Shown: in pieces, positions 1 through 14,727 of the stretch
Position numbering within the stretch: position 1 is the stretch's first letter
Layout of the letters: each line of letters starts with the position of its first letter
From: the human T2T-CHM13v2.0 reference genome, Homo sapiens
Reading direction: 5' to 3' (one strand)
Length of the DNA stretch: 64,000 nt
Assembly: GCF_009914755.1 (NCBI RefSeq)
Contig: NC_060925.1
The notes under the pieces: generated by a model
The model's input: the letters and a program-made list of their open reading frames with translations, nothing else
Told to the model about the DNA's origin: nothing
Database searches by the model: none
Position numbers and translations under genes: made by a program

Positions 1-427
1 TATTTCAAGACTACTTTTTGAGAGTCACCTTAGTGGAGGAGACAATGAAACCCCCGTTTGAACAGGTACCAAATCCCACAGCTTTAACTCTATTTGTGCC
101 TTATGTGAAAGGGTCACATGAATTTAAAAAATGTATATTCTAATTTTTCCCATTGTGTTTCTGCAGATCTTGCCGATCCAGAGTCAGTGACCCAGGCCGC
201 AGTTTGAGAAAGTGATAGCTGATAGAATGTCCCTATGGCTGCCTTAGGACACTCAATAAGCATCTAGTACATGAGAAAAATTACATCTGCTTTGCCTCTT
301 ATTCTTCTCCAAGGACTCTAAGAATCTAAGTTGTGACACCAAGATAGAAAACAAGATAGTAAAATAATTCTCTGTTATCATCATCTTCTACATTAAATAA
401 CTCCCCTAGATAGCTCTATTGTCTAGA

Positions 428-619
428 GGTCAGTGATGTCCACCAGAACTTTCTCCAGTGATGGGAACGTTCTTAATGTAGTAGCTACTAGACACACATA
501 TAGCTACTGAGCAGGAAGTGTGGCTAGTGTAAACTAGAACTGATTTTTAAATTTTATTCCAATTAATATGAATTCAAATTCTACACATGGCTAGTGACTG
601 TCTTATTTGACAGCACAGG
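428..619. mobile_element. MER3-like hAT-Charlie element
   Basis: gtccaccagaactttctccagtgatgg...ggctagtgactgtcttatttgacagcacag. Confidence 0.7.
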
Positions 620-629
620 TCTTTACAGT

Positions 630-1220
630 CTAATGTTAACCCTTACTAACAGAATGTGCCCCACCCACAATTAAGTGGCCATGTTTTGTGTTACATGACC
701 TTACCCTCCCACCTGATTGGACCACAGGCAGTTACCGGCCCCCAGGACAGCCAATCACAGGCTGCTAATGATCTATACTGTGAAACCTGACTCCATAGGT
801 GAGCTACACCAATCATATTTCTCTCTTTGGATTTTGGAACTGGGAAATTGAGAGGGGATTGGCTATGGGAGCTGAGCTTACTTCATTACACAGACTCAGG
901 GCCCCGGTGGTAACTATGGGCCACCTGCAAACTGGGGCTATGAGAAAACAGGAGTCCTGGTATGTGTTAAAAGGGAGAGCTGGCTGCTGCAGATCGGGGA
1001 GAATGGGGTCAGACGTGCTCACAAGAGCAGAAGCTGTGAGGGACCCTCACGGCCCATGAGAAAGAGGCAGGAAGCAGCCTTGGGTTTTCTCTTTGGGGCT
1101 TGGCTGTATTTCAGCATGTGTTTATGGCCGCTCACAAGATTCTCTTATTTATTTCCTGGAAATGCGCTCCCTTAGCATAAGCCAGAATGAGTGGAACTCT
1201 CTTTCCTGTCATCTAGACCA
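630..1220. mobile_element. Old ERVL-type LTR (LTR16-like)
   Basis: Degenerate LTR16-like motifs (ctgattggaccacagg, ccaatcacagg, ctctctttggattttggaactggga). Confidence 0.4.
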
Positions 1221-1685
1221 CTTTTAATGAAATTATGATATTGTAATATAAATTATAAAGAAAAGCATGTTATGCACCCTAGAAGTCAATATATTTTTGA
1301 GCTGGAAGGAAATTAGGAATCATGGAGTTTAATCTCATCATTTTAAAGATGAGATGGAAGCTATTTTGAAATGTTGCTGTCTAAAGTCACAGAGCTGGTT
1401 TCTGAGAAATTTTCAAGTATTAATTTGCTTTCTGAAAGTTTGTTAGAAAAACCAAAATGAAACAAAAAAATCTGTCACTGTAGTTTTTGAGAGAAAAATA
1501 AAATACAGTAGTGGATGGATACCTCAGTTTTAAGATGAATCTAACTTTTTAACAGGGCTTACTAACCTAATGGGGTTTCGTTAATAGTTAAAATCCACAT
1601 TTTACAGGTGTTTGCCCCTAAGTGAATAATTCAGGGTCTCTGTTTTCTGCAAAATATCCTCCCACCCAAATATTTCTGGGGGGCC

Positions 1686-1940
1686 ATGGCGTGTCTCCTG
1701 CAGGGTATCGAGGAGAGCTTCCCCAGATGCTCTGCCTCCAAGCGCCACGTGGGGGCGCTGCCTCACCACTGCCTGACCTGCGCACGTGTCCGGGAGAGCG
1801 CTGACCTCCGGGCCAAGGCCACTGTGTACTGGCCATTTGCCAAAGCGGAGCTGGCCTCCGCGCGGTTCCCAATTAACCAAAGCCACGTGGATTTGTCATC
1901 AGAGCGTTCAAGTGACACGGCCGGGCCCTGCGCGTGTGGA
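1686..1940. promoter_or_regulatory. Small CpG-rich patch with CTCF-like motif and three CACGTG E-boxes
   Basis: About 20 CpGs in 250 bp; GCGCCACGTGGGGGCGCTG near 1742-1760. Confidence 0.5.
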
Positions 1941-2758
1941 GTGCCTGGTGAAAGCTGCTCCTTGGTTTCTGCTTCCAGCCATAAGGTTCAGACAGGAACC
2001 ATGAACCCAAGGGCTGGATCAAAAATAAATGTGTCACACAGACAGCTCTCTGTGAGTTCCTCTGAGTCTCTGACAACCTGGGGCCACTTCCCACATCCCG
2101 ACCTCTTCCTGTTCTCCAATACTGCTTTAAGCACGGTACAGCTTGTGTGCCAGCCAGTGCTACTTCAGGTGGAAAGCTTCCCCTCCCTCCCCTGCCTCCC
2201 ACAGGAGGCTGGGCACCAGTCGCTGGCCCATGTTTCCACCTCTGATGCACTTCTTTTGGGGCCACACTCCTGGTCCTCTCCCCATCTCCTGCTGTCTGGG
2301 GAAAAGGAGAGGCTTACCAGATGAGTGAGTTAGAGAGAGGGGACAGAGCCCGGGGGCCAGTTCCTTCCCCTCTGCAGAGCTCATCTCTGCCAGAGGCCTC
2401 TGTTCCTGCCTCCAACACTCTTGAGCTGAGTTGCACAGGCCTTTGTAAAGGGGGCCTGCAGTTTTCCATCTCTGTCCAGGATTGTGTGAGCACATTTAAT
2501 TCTGGGACGAAATCCTAATAATATTATTTTTGAGCCTCCTCAAGTTAAAACTCACCGCCTATGTACTTGACACTATATTAAGTGTTAAGGATTCAGAGAA
2601 TACCAAGAAAAGCTGTAAGAATCTCCAGAGAGCTGGTGTCTGGGGAATAGGGACAGGAGGTGTTAGTGCCACTAACCAAGACTGGAGACATCTGCAGAAG
2701 AGGGTCAGGCCAAGTCAACCTTGGTCTAACACAGTTCGTGGCATTTTTGGTTTTTTAA

Positions 2759-3067
<309 letters not shown>

Positions 3068-5456
3068 TGAGTGAGGTTGCAATTTTATAATAGTGGTTTT
3101 TTTCTTAGTTGAGATTGTAATAGAATAATTTTAATGATATAATTGTTTTAATGGTAGAATTTAATGCAGTTTTTTCCATATAGCATTGTGATTTCCAAGT
3201 GTAAAAATGTACACTAATAAAAGAATTTTTGAATTAAAGTAGCAAAAAAACTTTACCCTATTACTCGTATATTTCCTTCCAGTCTTTTTTCCCCTCTGTG
3301 CAGGTTTTATGTGCCTTTGATGATATGTTTGATTTTAATTCAACTGTAATTATTTTGTCATTTTCTATCCAGAGTTTGTCACTTAAGACTATCTTATGAG
3401 AATATTTTCATAGTACAGTCTTCATAAAGATAAGCAAAAAATGGTCATAATATATTTGACTAACCAAATATACTCTAGTTTAATGATTTCTCTATGTTTG
3501 GACAATTATTTCAGTTCCCTCCACCTTTTGCTACTATAAATTGACTAAAGGATAGAGCATTTGAAATCAGAAATAAATGGCTGTAACTCTAGCCTTGACG
3601 CTAGTAACCTAGGAGCTTTGTGTAAGCTCCTTAGTCTCCTTGAGTCTGTTTTCTGTGAAATGGGAATATGTAATTCTTACTTCATAGGTTATTTTAAGCA
3701 ATAAATAAATGTTGTACACGAAGCACCAAGTACAATGCTTAACATCTAGTACATGTTTAATAAAAGTATTTCCTACCTCTCTTTCCTATGACATGAATAC
3801 ATAAATAAATTATGTGATTTCTGACAGGCCCTACCTAGCAGACAATTGCAGATCACTAGGGGAATATATTAGATAAGTACTTTGATGTATTAAGGCACCA
3901 GCATTTTACAAAACGAATGATGAAATTTATGTCTTTGGCCCAAAAGAGTTTACAATTTAGAGTTAACAATTTTCCACCTGTCCCCAAAACCAGTAGAAAG
4001 TTGAATAATAAACAAACCTGCATTCAAATGGATAACCTTCATGAGTCAGGCCCAATATGAGCTCTTCAATGAGTTTTCCTTTAGCATAGAATCTTTTCCC
4101 TTCATGATTGCTATTAAGATGTATTTGTTCATTTGTTCACTCATCTGGGCCTGGACCTGTCTAATAAGTCAGGAGGTGACTTGAGTCCACTCCTGAGTTT
4201 TGAAGATGGCATCAGCCTTAAGGAGGCTGCTTACCTTCCTCTTTGCTGGGGGGCTGGTAGTGGCAGGGGGAGGGCTTCTTACAGTATGTGTGAATGCTGA
4301 AACAATTTATATGTAATTTTGATTAAAGGCTGCCTGCTCTCCACTGGGAACTGGACCTCTGATGATGAACTTTCTCCTTGTGCCATCTACTCTTTCATCA
4401 AGCAAAGCTTCCTGAAGCATCTGCTGTATCAGGAGCTCTGCTAAGAGACACAGAAGAGACTGTGACTACCATTTCTATCAGGTAGCTGGTAGTCTAGTGG
4501 GGAGGAAGACCTGGGGTAAATTGCTGCTAAAGATAAGTACTATGATGGAGGCTTATCAAGCATTCATTCATTCAATGATAAATGTCTATTGATTATGAGA
4601 CACCAGTCAGACCTGCACTGGAAACTAAGGATGCAGAGATGAGAAAACATTCTGGTCCTGTCCTTGTCCATCTGTCCATCCTGTCTAGGAGCTGCTTGGC
4701 ACTACCAGCATTCTTCTCTCTCCTTTTCTCAGTGGAAATGAATTCAACCAGTGTTGTAGTTGGCCAGCAGTTTAAAATAGGACAGTGAATAAAACAAGCA
4801 TTTTCCCCCTAGGAACTCAGACAGTTGGGGCTAAAGGATTTCACTCTTATCCCTTTGTACCAGATCCTGCCTTGAGGTAACCTGAGACGGCTGGCTTTTC
4901 AAATCCTGTGTGTTCTTTCCTAGCTGGAAGTTTGTTCTTCCTTTGTTTTAAAGTGGGGGGAAATTTATGTAAATGGATCTCAGTCATGCAAAGAAGATTT
5001 AATTGGTGATTTAGGGGTATAATCTTTTTCCTCCATTGAAAACTTGGAACTGGATTGTTCTTGTCTGAACCTAATCTGTTTTCTTCCCAGGAGTCCTGAC
5101 TGATTGGGGCTCATCCCTCTTTGGCTGGGAGTCTAGTCCTGGGAGTGCAGGGCTTGTGTCTTCTCCTGTTGTGCTAATTTCCCCTCAAGGAACTGTGTTG
5201 GCCCCTTTACCTAAGGATGGAGAAAAGCCTGATATTAATTCCCACTCCTCCTTGAGGACAAAAGGGGAGGAAATAATAGAAGTGTGGGGCTTTCAAAGGG
5301 AAAGCCCTAATTCTAAATGATTCCACTAATTAGCCATAGGACCCTATACCTGGTCCCTCCAGGAACTGAGATGGACTGGGTGGGCGATAGGGGTGGGGTG
5401 TCAGGGAATTCTAGTGAAACCAGGGAAGGAAACCAACTTACATGTAGAAATTGGGA

Positions 5457-6028
5457 TTTATAATCCTTTGGGTATATACCCAGTAATGGGATTGCTGGGT
5501 CAAATAGTATTTCTAATTCTAGATCCTTGAGGAGTCGCCACACTGTCTTCCACACATGCACACACATGTTTACTGCAGCACTGTTCACAATAGCAAAGTC
5601 TTGGAACCAACCCAAATGCCCATCAATGATAGACTGGATAAAGAAAATGTGCCACATATACACCATGGAATACTATGCATCCGTAGAAAAAGATGAGTTT
5701 ATGTTCTTTGCAAGGACATGGATGAAGCTGGAAACCATCATTCTCAGCAAACTAACACAGGAACAGAAACCCAAACACCGCATGTTCTCACTCTTAAGTG
5801 GGAGTTGAACAATGAGAACACATGGACACAGGGAGGGGAACATCACACACCTGGGCCTGTCAGGGGTGGAAGGCTTGGGGAGGGATAGCATTAGGAGAAA
5901 TAACTAATGTAAATGATGAGTTGATGGGTGCAGCAAACCAACATGGCCCATGTATACCTATTAACAAACCTGCACGTTGTGCACATGCACCCCAGAACTT
6001 AAAGTATAATAATAAAAAATAAATAAAT
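5457..6028 (+). mobile_element. 5'-truncated, 5'-inverted L1PA element
   Basis: 5457-~5552 antisense L1 ORF2 end; ~5553-6028 sense ORF2 end, 3'UTR and A-rich tail; TSD AAATTGGGA at 5448-5456 and 6029-6037. Confidence 0.9.
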
Positions 6029-6058
6029 AAATTGGGAGTCTGAAACCCCTTTGACTTC

Positions 6059-6745
6059 TGTGATCTGAGACACCAAAATAGATGACCCTTTGTTAACGAA
6101 GACAGATCCTGAGGTTAAGGAAATGAAAGTTACCTACAGGTTGAGGTCTCAGGGCTAGACTGGCATGGCAACTTCCTAAATTCCTATGGCTACAAGAAAA
6201 AACACACTTTTGCTAAACTCCCTAACAGTAGGAGCTATCAGGAAAATTGTCAGACACTTCCTAACTCTGCTTTACAATCCAGACTCGTACAACTCTGATT
6301 GGATAGAGGACCATCTTGCAAACATTCTTTCCTGATAAGCAACTGCAGACCTGAAGTCAGTTCCAGCCAGATCTAGAGACAGCGCACAAAGTGTCTTTGT
6401 GTTCTATAGTTCACCTTTTGATGTAGAGCCAAATTCTACCTCATTTTAATCTAAAACCCTGCCCCAAAGTAAACTGAGCTCTCTGTTACATGTGTGTTTG
6501 CCCATTGTGCATACACAAGACTCCCCTCATAAATATGTATAGCTTTCCCCCAAATCTGCTATGTATGATTCTACTGTGTAATATGGACCCCGTGAGGCAT
6601 AAAAGCCAACCTGCTCTTCCCTCTTCAAAGAGAAATCACCTTCAGTACATGCCAGAGACAGTCTCTTCTGGTACTGCAAACTGATACCACAAACACAGTT
6701 CACCATTCTGCTGTTCAGCCACCCTAGTGGTCTTTTGGATGATGA
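6059..6745 (+). mobile_element. ERV1-class solo LTR (subfamily uncertain)
   Basis: tgtgatctgagacaccaaaatagatg... LTR-like start and composition. Confidence 0.6.
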
Positions 6746-7879
6746 TCTTTTCACTTTTCCTCTTTGGGGCTTCCTTTCGGTTTCCTTTGCCTTTAGTTTT
6801 GAAGTACAGCTTCTTTTGAAAACTTCACCTAACTCTCTCATATACTGCTGTATTACATTTTGAGAAACTGGGCAATATACATGTCATTTGACCCAGCAAT
6901 TTCACTTGAAGGAATTTATCTCAAGGAATAACAAGTACAGTACATAAAAGTGTCTGTATAAGGGTGTTCATCCCTACATTGTTTATAATACTGTAAAGAC
7001 TGGCCATGATATAAATGTTTACCAAGTGAAGACAGCACAATAAAGACTGGTATAGCCATACAATGGAATGCCATGTAGCTGTTTGTAAGGATATCTATAT
7101 TTGTTTTAAAATATTTCATCATATATGGTGTGTTAAGTTATTCCTAAGTATAGCCATTGGCTCCCTTTGAAATTAAAACCCGTAGGAATGGTCAGCTAAC
7201 ATTGTCATCAGGAAGCTCTCACCCAGTGTGACCACTGTCAAGATCCTCCTCTTTCCCACCTCTTCATCAAACGTGGAGGCTTTGCTAATGGCTGGAGTGA
7301 TTGTTAAGAATGGTCTTTATTGGCAAAATCAGTTATATTGAAGATTGGGTCTAATGAACTATTTGAAACCCTATATTTGCCTGAAAAAGAACATAAGAAT
7401 GGAGCAAGGCCTGTGGCCTATGATGACACTTGAGATTCCATCCCAAAATCCAGGGGCCAGTTTAGACTCAGGTTCACCTTTAGACAGCACTCCAGTTGGG
7501 TCTGGATTCGCTTTCCTGGTGCCCAGACTGACCAAATTCTATGATATTCCGCATTGGCTACGTGAAGCTTTTCTGCACGATGGCAAAAGACCTAGAGTTG
7601 GGCTTTCCCCCAGCTCATGAAATAGATGACATGACTATTTTTGTGATCCTTTCTCTTTGTGTGTGTGTGCGTGCGTGTGTGTGTGTGAATTTGACCTTGT
7701 TTTCATTCGTGAGGGGAATAGCTGACTCTCATGATCTCAAAATTTTCTGTAGCTACCAATCTCTACCAAAGTGAACTTAAGGCATATACATGGCCAGATT
7801 GGCTAATGTCAGTTGGCCACACCATTTAATGATGATGCAGATTTACATCGTTAATGTGGAGATGTCTGTGATATATTGG

Positions 7880-8300
7880 TGCATTTGTTATCTGCTGCTG
7901 TGCAACAAAGTACCCCCAAGCTTAGTTGCTTAAAACAATAATTGTTTATCATCTATCACAAGTTCTGCAGATTGGGAATTCAGACAGGATGCTGTAGAAA
8001 CAGCTTATCTCTATCCCGAAGTATCTGGGACCTGGATTCATTAGAGGTACATTCTCTCATATGTCTAGGTACGTTCTCTTACATAGCTAGGTGGTAATGC
8101 TGTCTGGCTGCTACAAGACTAGCTGGGACCACTTTACAGCATGTGGCTGGGACCCAGGGGCAGGTGTAAAAAGAGAGAATGAGTGAGTGCCAGATGGAAG
8201 CCATATGCTTTTTCTGATCTAGCCTCAGCATTAACCCCCGACTATTTGCAGCATGCTTGTTAGTTAGAAGCCAGTCACTAAGTCTATCCCATACTCAGGC
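7880..8300. mobile_element. MLT1-type MaLR LTR (degenerate)
   Basis: ttatctgctgctgtgcaacaaagtacccccaagcttagttgcttaaaacaat MaLR signature. Confidence 0.6.
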
Positions 8301-8315
8301 CAGAAGAGAGAGTAC

Positions 8316-8623
<308 letters not shown>

Positions 8624-11502
8624 TAATAGCTCTTAGGAGTGAGGAGATTTTTCCAAATTCCCTCTGCAGGAATTCTCCAGCCTCAGAGCTGGGGTACTCA
8701 CGCACTCACTCCAGAACCAGCTAGTAATAAGAGGGATGGGATTCCTCTCAGACAAAAGAGGCCTCCTCCCAGAACTGGGGTGGGGTCAGCATCACCTATG
8801 AACACAGATATACGGGGTGGAGTGGCTACCTGATTAAACGATGCTTCTTCAAGAAAGGAGGGGTGGGGTCAGTCCTAGATAGCTCATCAATTTTGCTCAT
8901 TTTGTGGGTTACAACTTTAAGTTCTGCACGGCAAATAAGTATGTATTTAATAAGCATCCGTTGGTGATAAGAATGATGGTAACACCAGTGAGGATGACAA
9001 TATGGAGAACTCTGGTTGGTTGCACTTTGTGTGCCAAGTACTGTGCTAAGCTCATTAAATGTATCATACTTAAACCTCACAATTCTTTTCTATGTATTGA
9101 TGTAATTTGATTGTTCCAATATCCCAAAGTATACTATGAAGCTTTATGGGAAGAGTACATTTTGAAAAGGGGTTGCAGGAAGAGAGAAGTCATGTGCTCC
9201 AGGTGGGGAAGGGAGTGGCTATGAAGTTCCCAGCTAGTGACCTAAATGCAGTGTTCCATTTAACAACTGTCTTGGCATGTGTCTAGGTGGTGATGCTGGC
9301 TGGCTGCTAGGGAACTTGCTGGGGCCATTGGCCGGATAACCCACACGGCTGGGATCTAGGGGCAGGTGTTCTAACCTAAAGGGGGCAGCTGAAGACTCAG
9401 GGGCCAGGAAAGACAAGGAGCAGTTAGATGAAGGTAGTTATAGGGCAGCTGGTGGAGGGTCTTGAAGGTCTGGCTTGGGACTGATATGTGACAGAAGAGC
9501 TATTTTTGAGACAAATTGCTCAAATCCAAATTCCCAAAGTCTTAGTAGAAGCTGAACTGTAATAAGGTAAAAGTCAAAATAATATGTCACATTAGTGACT
9601 TACCCCACAGGTTGTTGGACTATCCCAGTTTACACAGATGAGGCGGCAGAGACAGTTACCCAAGCACACTGGGCCACAGAGTGGCTGAAAGGCAAAACCT
9701 CTCCTGCTGAGCTTCCAGGGGTGCTGAGATGCCAAGGCCACCAGCTTCCTCCTGTGGACCTATCCTGTGCGAGGACCTATAAAAAGAGATACAAAGCCGA
9801 GGGAGTTAAATGGAACACTGTGTTTGACATTTCCAACTCAAAGTGGAGAAAATCAAGAGAGCTACTAGAATGGAAAAGAATGGAGGCAGGTGCTACCATG
9901 GAAAGGGCACAGAATCAGAAAAACTCAAATCCAAACTGGGATTCCTGAGTGGATCTACTAGTGCCCTCAGGTTCCTGGGCTCTGTAGAAGGCAGGAAGTC
10001 ATAGAGCAAACAGATAAATGAAATCTGGAGAGGAGATGTATGTGATGTCCTGGAAAATCGGGGATTTAAATTGCTTCTCTGTCATTTCTCAGACTTGTAG
10101 AACTGGGGGTGTTGCCAAGGTCAGCCTGCACAGGACTGGGATAGTCCATCAATAACAGTCATTTACTCACTATGTATGGAATATTTATTGAATGTTTCTT
10201 ATAAAAACCACGTTCCTCTATCTAGCATCAATGTTAAAAAAAAAAAAAACCCTCAAATCTCATTTTTTAAAAGTGGGATAGTAATGTTACCTACTTTGTG
10301 GGTTATTTATGAGCATCACATAAAATAATCCATGGAAATTGCCTAAAGAGCGTCTGGCATGGTGTACATACTAAAAAACGGTAATTATTTTATGCTTTCT
10401 CAACAGTTTAGGGGTTAAAATGCAGAAATTAATCTTTTCCTTTTAACACCATCTGTTTTACAGAATAACCTTTCGCTTAGATAAGCTCACCACGCTAGAC
10501 TCATGATTAATTCTGCACCTCATTGTTTTTCATTTTACCCAGTACATTAACATGAAATAAATATTTATCACAATCCTAATATTTAAATAACGCTGGCTTT
10601 GTGCTCCGCGCACTTTTCCATTAATATTTTCGGGTATATTTTTTCATCAGACCATCACTGGGGAAGTTCTCTCATTGTGCTACCACATTTCAATTATTAA
10701 AGTTTTCAAGATTTTTTCTTTTGTGGCCAAAGACGACAACTCCTGAGGTACCAGAGGTTAAATTTTGTACAAAAGGCCTAAAATGTCAATCTGGGAAACC
10801 TTACAATGTAAAGGCAATGGGGTGAAATAAGGAAAGGACTTAATCACAGGAAACACAGAACATCAAGTTGACTGGCCCCGAGTCAAGGGCACTGAGTCAT
10901 CCCTGAGGTGTCTCAGGGCTTTGGTGTCATCTTACAAAAGTCACTCAAAGAGATTGTGTTAAGACTGTCTGCATGGTAATTGCAAAAAGGGTTGACTCAT
11001 GGAATTTGTGACTTTGACAGAGAGCTGCTTCCCTGGCCCTCATTATGAATGGACTTATTCATAGGCACCTTCCCATCACCTCTCTGTAGCTTCCTGGGCA
11101 ACAGCAAATGCCAGGAACAGCATGCTTGCAGGTAAGCAACCTTTTGAAGGAGACAGGGAAGACAGCACACAGAGCACGATCAAGACCCTGGAGCCTGATC
11201 TAATGGCAAAATGCAGCATGATGCAAGGGCCTCAAAGCACCCTTTACCACGAGTTCAGCCCTCCCCATCCCCTAGTGTTTACTATAGGGCTTTGCAAAAA
11301 GGCCGACATACACTATTTCTTCCCACTGTGTTCAAAACAAAGTCATTTTATAAAAGTGGTTTTCCCATATATACTTTACTAGGCCCTGTGAGAGGACACA
11401 AAGGAACATATACTGCTCAGGACTCCTGCAGGGCATCTTCTTCATCCTTAGCTAACATGTCCTTATTCTTTGTAGGCTACAGGTTTCCTGAACAAGAGAC
11501 AG

Positions 11503-11506
<4 letters not shown>

Positions 11507-11554
<48 letters not shown>
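11507..11554. repeat. (TG)~24 microsatellite
   Basis: Perfect TG run. Confidence 0.97.
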
Positions 11555-11558
<4 letters not shown>

Positions 11559-11859
11559 AAACCAACAGTGACATCTCTGTGCAGGGGAATATGAATGGAG
11601 TTACTTTTGTGTAAACTAAAGGGTAAACACACATGAAGCTTGTTTCTGGACATACAAGAAATTGAGCAGCAGTTACCTTGGGGGAGAGGAACTGGGAGTG
11701 GGGAATGGGATTTCTTTTCATGTTTTTCTATGGCTTGATTTTTTCCTAATTTGGTCATTGGCAGTTTTTTTGTAGGTAAAATTATGGGCCCTTTTATTGG
11801 CTTTATTCCTTTTTAATATTTAAAGATAGTATATAAATACTAATTTGCAATGAGACAAA

Positions 11860-12482
11860 AGACAGATACAAGTATTGGCAAGGATGTAGAAAAATTGGAA
11901 CCCTCATATATTACTGGTGAGAATAGAAAACGGCAGAGCCACTTTGGAAAACAGTTATGAAGTTCCTCAAAATGTTAAACATAGACTTGCCTTATGGCCC
12001 AGATCTATTTTTAGGTACATACCAAGGAGAAATAAAAACATATGTTCACACAAAAACTTATACATGAATGTTCATAGCAGCAGGATTCCCAACAACCTGT
12101 AGGTGGGAACAACCCAACTGTCCTTCATCTTGTAAATGGATAAACAAAATGGAAAAGTAGATATTCAACCATAAAAAGGAATTGCTGAGTTTTGCTGCAA
12201 CATGGATATAGCTTGAAAACATGCTAAGTAAAAGAAGCTAATCACAAAAAGCTACATGTCAATTTCATTTATATGAAACATCCAGAACAGGCAAATTTAT
12301 AGAGATGAATTAGTGGTTGCCGTGGGCTGGAGAAAGGAGGGACTAGTAAGTGACTTATAATGGGTACAGGGTGTCTTTTGGTGTGGTGATGGTTGCAGAA
12401 CTCTATGAATATACTAAAGACCACTGAACTGTATACTTTCAATGGGTGAATTGTATGGAATGTGAATTATATCTCAAAGCCA
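11860..12482 (+). mobile_element. Old L1M (L1MB/MC-like) 3' end
   Basis: ggcaaggatgtagaaaaattggaaccctca ... gtatggaatgtgaattatatctcaa. Confidence 0.8.
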
Positions 12483-13073
12483 TTTCAAAAATTATGAGAA
12501 ACAAAGGCTAAGTATAGCTGCAACTGGATTTGTGATTTTTTGTTATCACAAAGCTTTTCATTTCTATGAGCCAAGGGTCCCATCCTGGAGACACAGGAGC
12601 TAGGGTGCAAAGAGGTTACTGACAGAGATGGGTAACCTGCTGGCCCGAAGCGGCCTCTCTGGTCACATATTGCTACATTAGGGAACAAATACGAACTGCT
12701 TAAAATCCAGCCATTCTCTGGCAACTTTCTAGACTCCTTTAAATCGGGTTAAATTATGTCATGGTTTGCTATGATTCACTCAGCAAATGTTCTGAGCTCC
12801 TGCTCTGTGCCAGGCCCTTTGCCCTAAACAAGGACAGCAGCATTTTTAGGAGGAAAGTCTGACTTCATAAGGTCTGGGTAGCAGAGCCTTCCGTGAAGGT
12901 GACTGGCAACAAAACCAGCTTTCTCAACAATCCCACCTTGCCTGTCTCAGGACTGCGTCAGGGGCGTTCGCCTCCCCTCTGTGAGGGAAGGGTGGCCAGT
13001 GGAAACATCTTTTCTGCTTTAACATTTTTAAAAGCATATTTTAATTGACAAGTATTTGTATTGATCATGTCCA

Positions 13074-13368
<295 letters not shown>

Positions 13369-13670
13369 TGAGATGTATATGTTGTGGAATAGCAAAGTTG
13401 AGCTAGCTAACACATACATTACCTCTTATTTTTTTGTAGTGATAACACAATGTACTCTTAGCAATTTTCAAGAATACATTGTTATTAACTACAGTCACCA
13501 TGTTGTAAAATTCTTTAACTTATTCTTTGTAGCTGAAATTTTGTATCCTTCCATAAACATTTCCAAACTTTTCCCCCTTATTTTCTTTGAAAATAATCTT
13601 CTAGGTGTTTTTGACACACATAAGATAAATTTAATGTTCTGAGAGGACTGCTTATAGACTGACGAGGGGA

Positions 13671-14010
13671 TATAACAGTTTGAATGCTTGTGCCTTCCAA
13701 AACTCCTGTTGAAATTTAATTGCCAGGCTGGGCCGGGCACCGTGGCTCACACCTGTGATCCTAGCACTTTGGGAGGCCGAGGCAGGTAGATCACCTGAGG
13801 TCAGGAGTTCCAGACCAGCCTGGCCAACATGATGAAATCCCACCTGTACTAAAAATACAAAAATTAGCTGAGTGTGGAGGTACACACTTGCAATCTCAGC
13901 TACTTGAGAGGCTGAGGGGGGAGGAGTGCTTGAACCTGAGAGGCGAAGTTTGCAGTAAGCTGAGATCATGCCACCACACTGCAGCCTGTGTGATAGAGCA
14001 AGGCTGTCTC

Positions 14011-14045
<35 letters not shown>

Positions 14046-14330
14046 GAAAAGAAAAGAAAAGAAAAAACAAAAGAGCCATTGTAACAGTATTAAGAGGTAG
14101 GACCATTAAGAGGTCATTAGGCCATGAGAGCATCACCCTCATGGGTGGGGTTGGTACCATTATAAAAGGGCAACTTTGGCCACTTCTTACTGTCTCCACA
14201 GCAAGGCAGCCCTCACCAGATGCTGACATCTTGATTTAGGACTTCCCAGCCTCCACAACTGGGACTCTATAAATTCTGTCCATTATAAACAACCTAGTCT
14301 GAGGTATTCTAGCGTCACAAAACAAAGACC
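13671..14330 (+). mobile_element. MST-type MaLR LTR interrupted by an Alu
   Basis: gtttgaatgcttgtgccttccaaaactc..gttgaaatttaattgcca resumes after the Alu as ttgtaacagtattaagaggtagg. Confidence 0.7.
13731..14072 (+). mobile_element. AluS with (GAAAA)n-expanded tail
   Basis: ggccgggcaccgtggctcac... tail aaaagaaaagaaaag. Confidence 0.95.
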
Positions 14331-14341
14331 AGATAAATTAA

Positions 14342-14727
<386 letters not shown>

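Noticed and set aside
140-260. Strong-looking + strand splice acceptor (pyrimidine tract, ctgcag at ~166)
   Set aside because: No ORF or clear partner donor could be established; cannot support an exon from sequence alone.
1686-2324. 212-aa ORF and overlapping ORFs in the GC-rich patch
   Set aside because: No recognisable domain; long ORFs on both strands are expected from high GC content.
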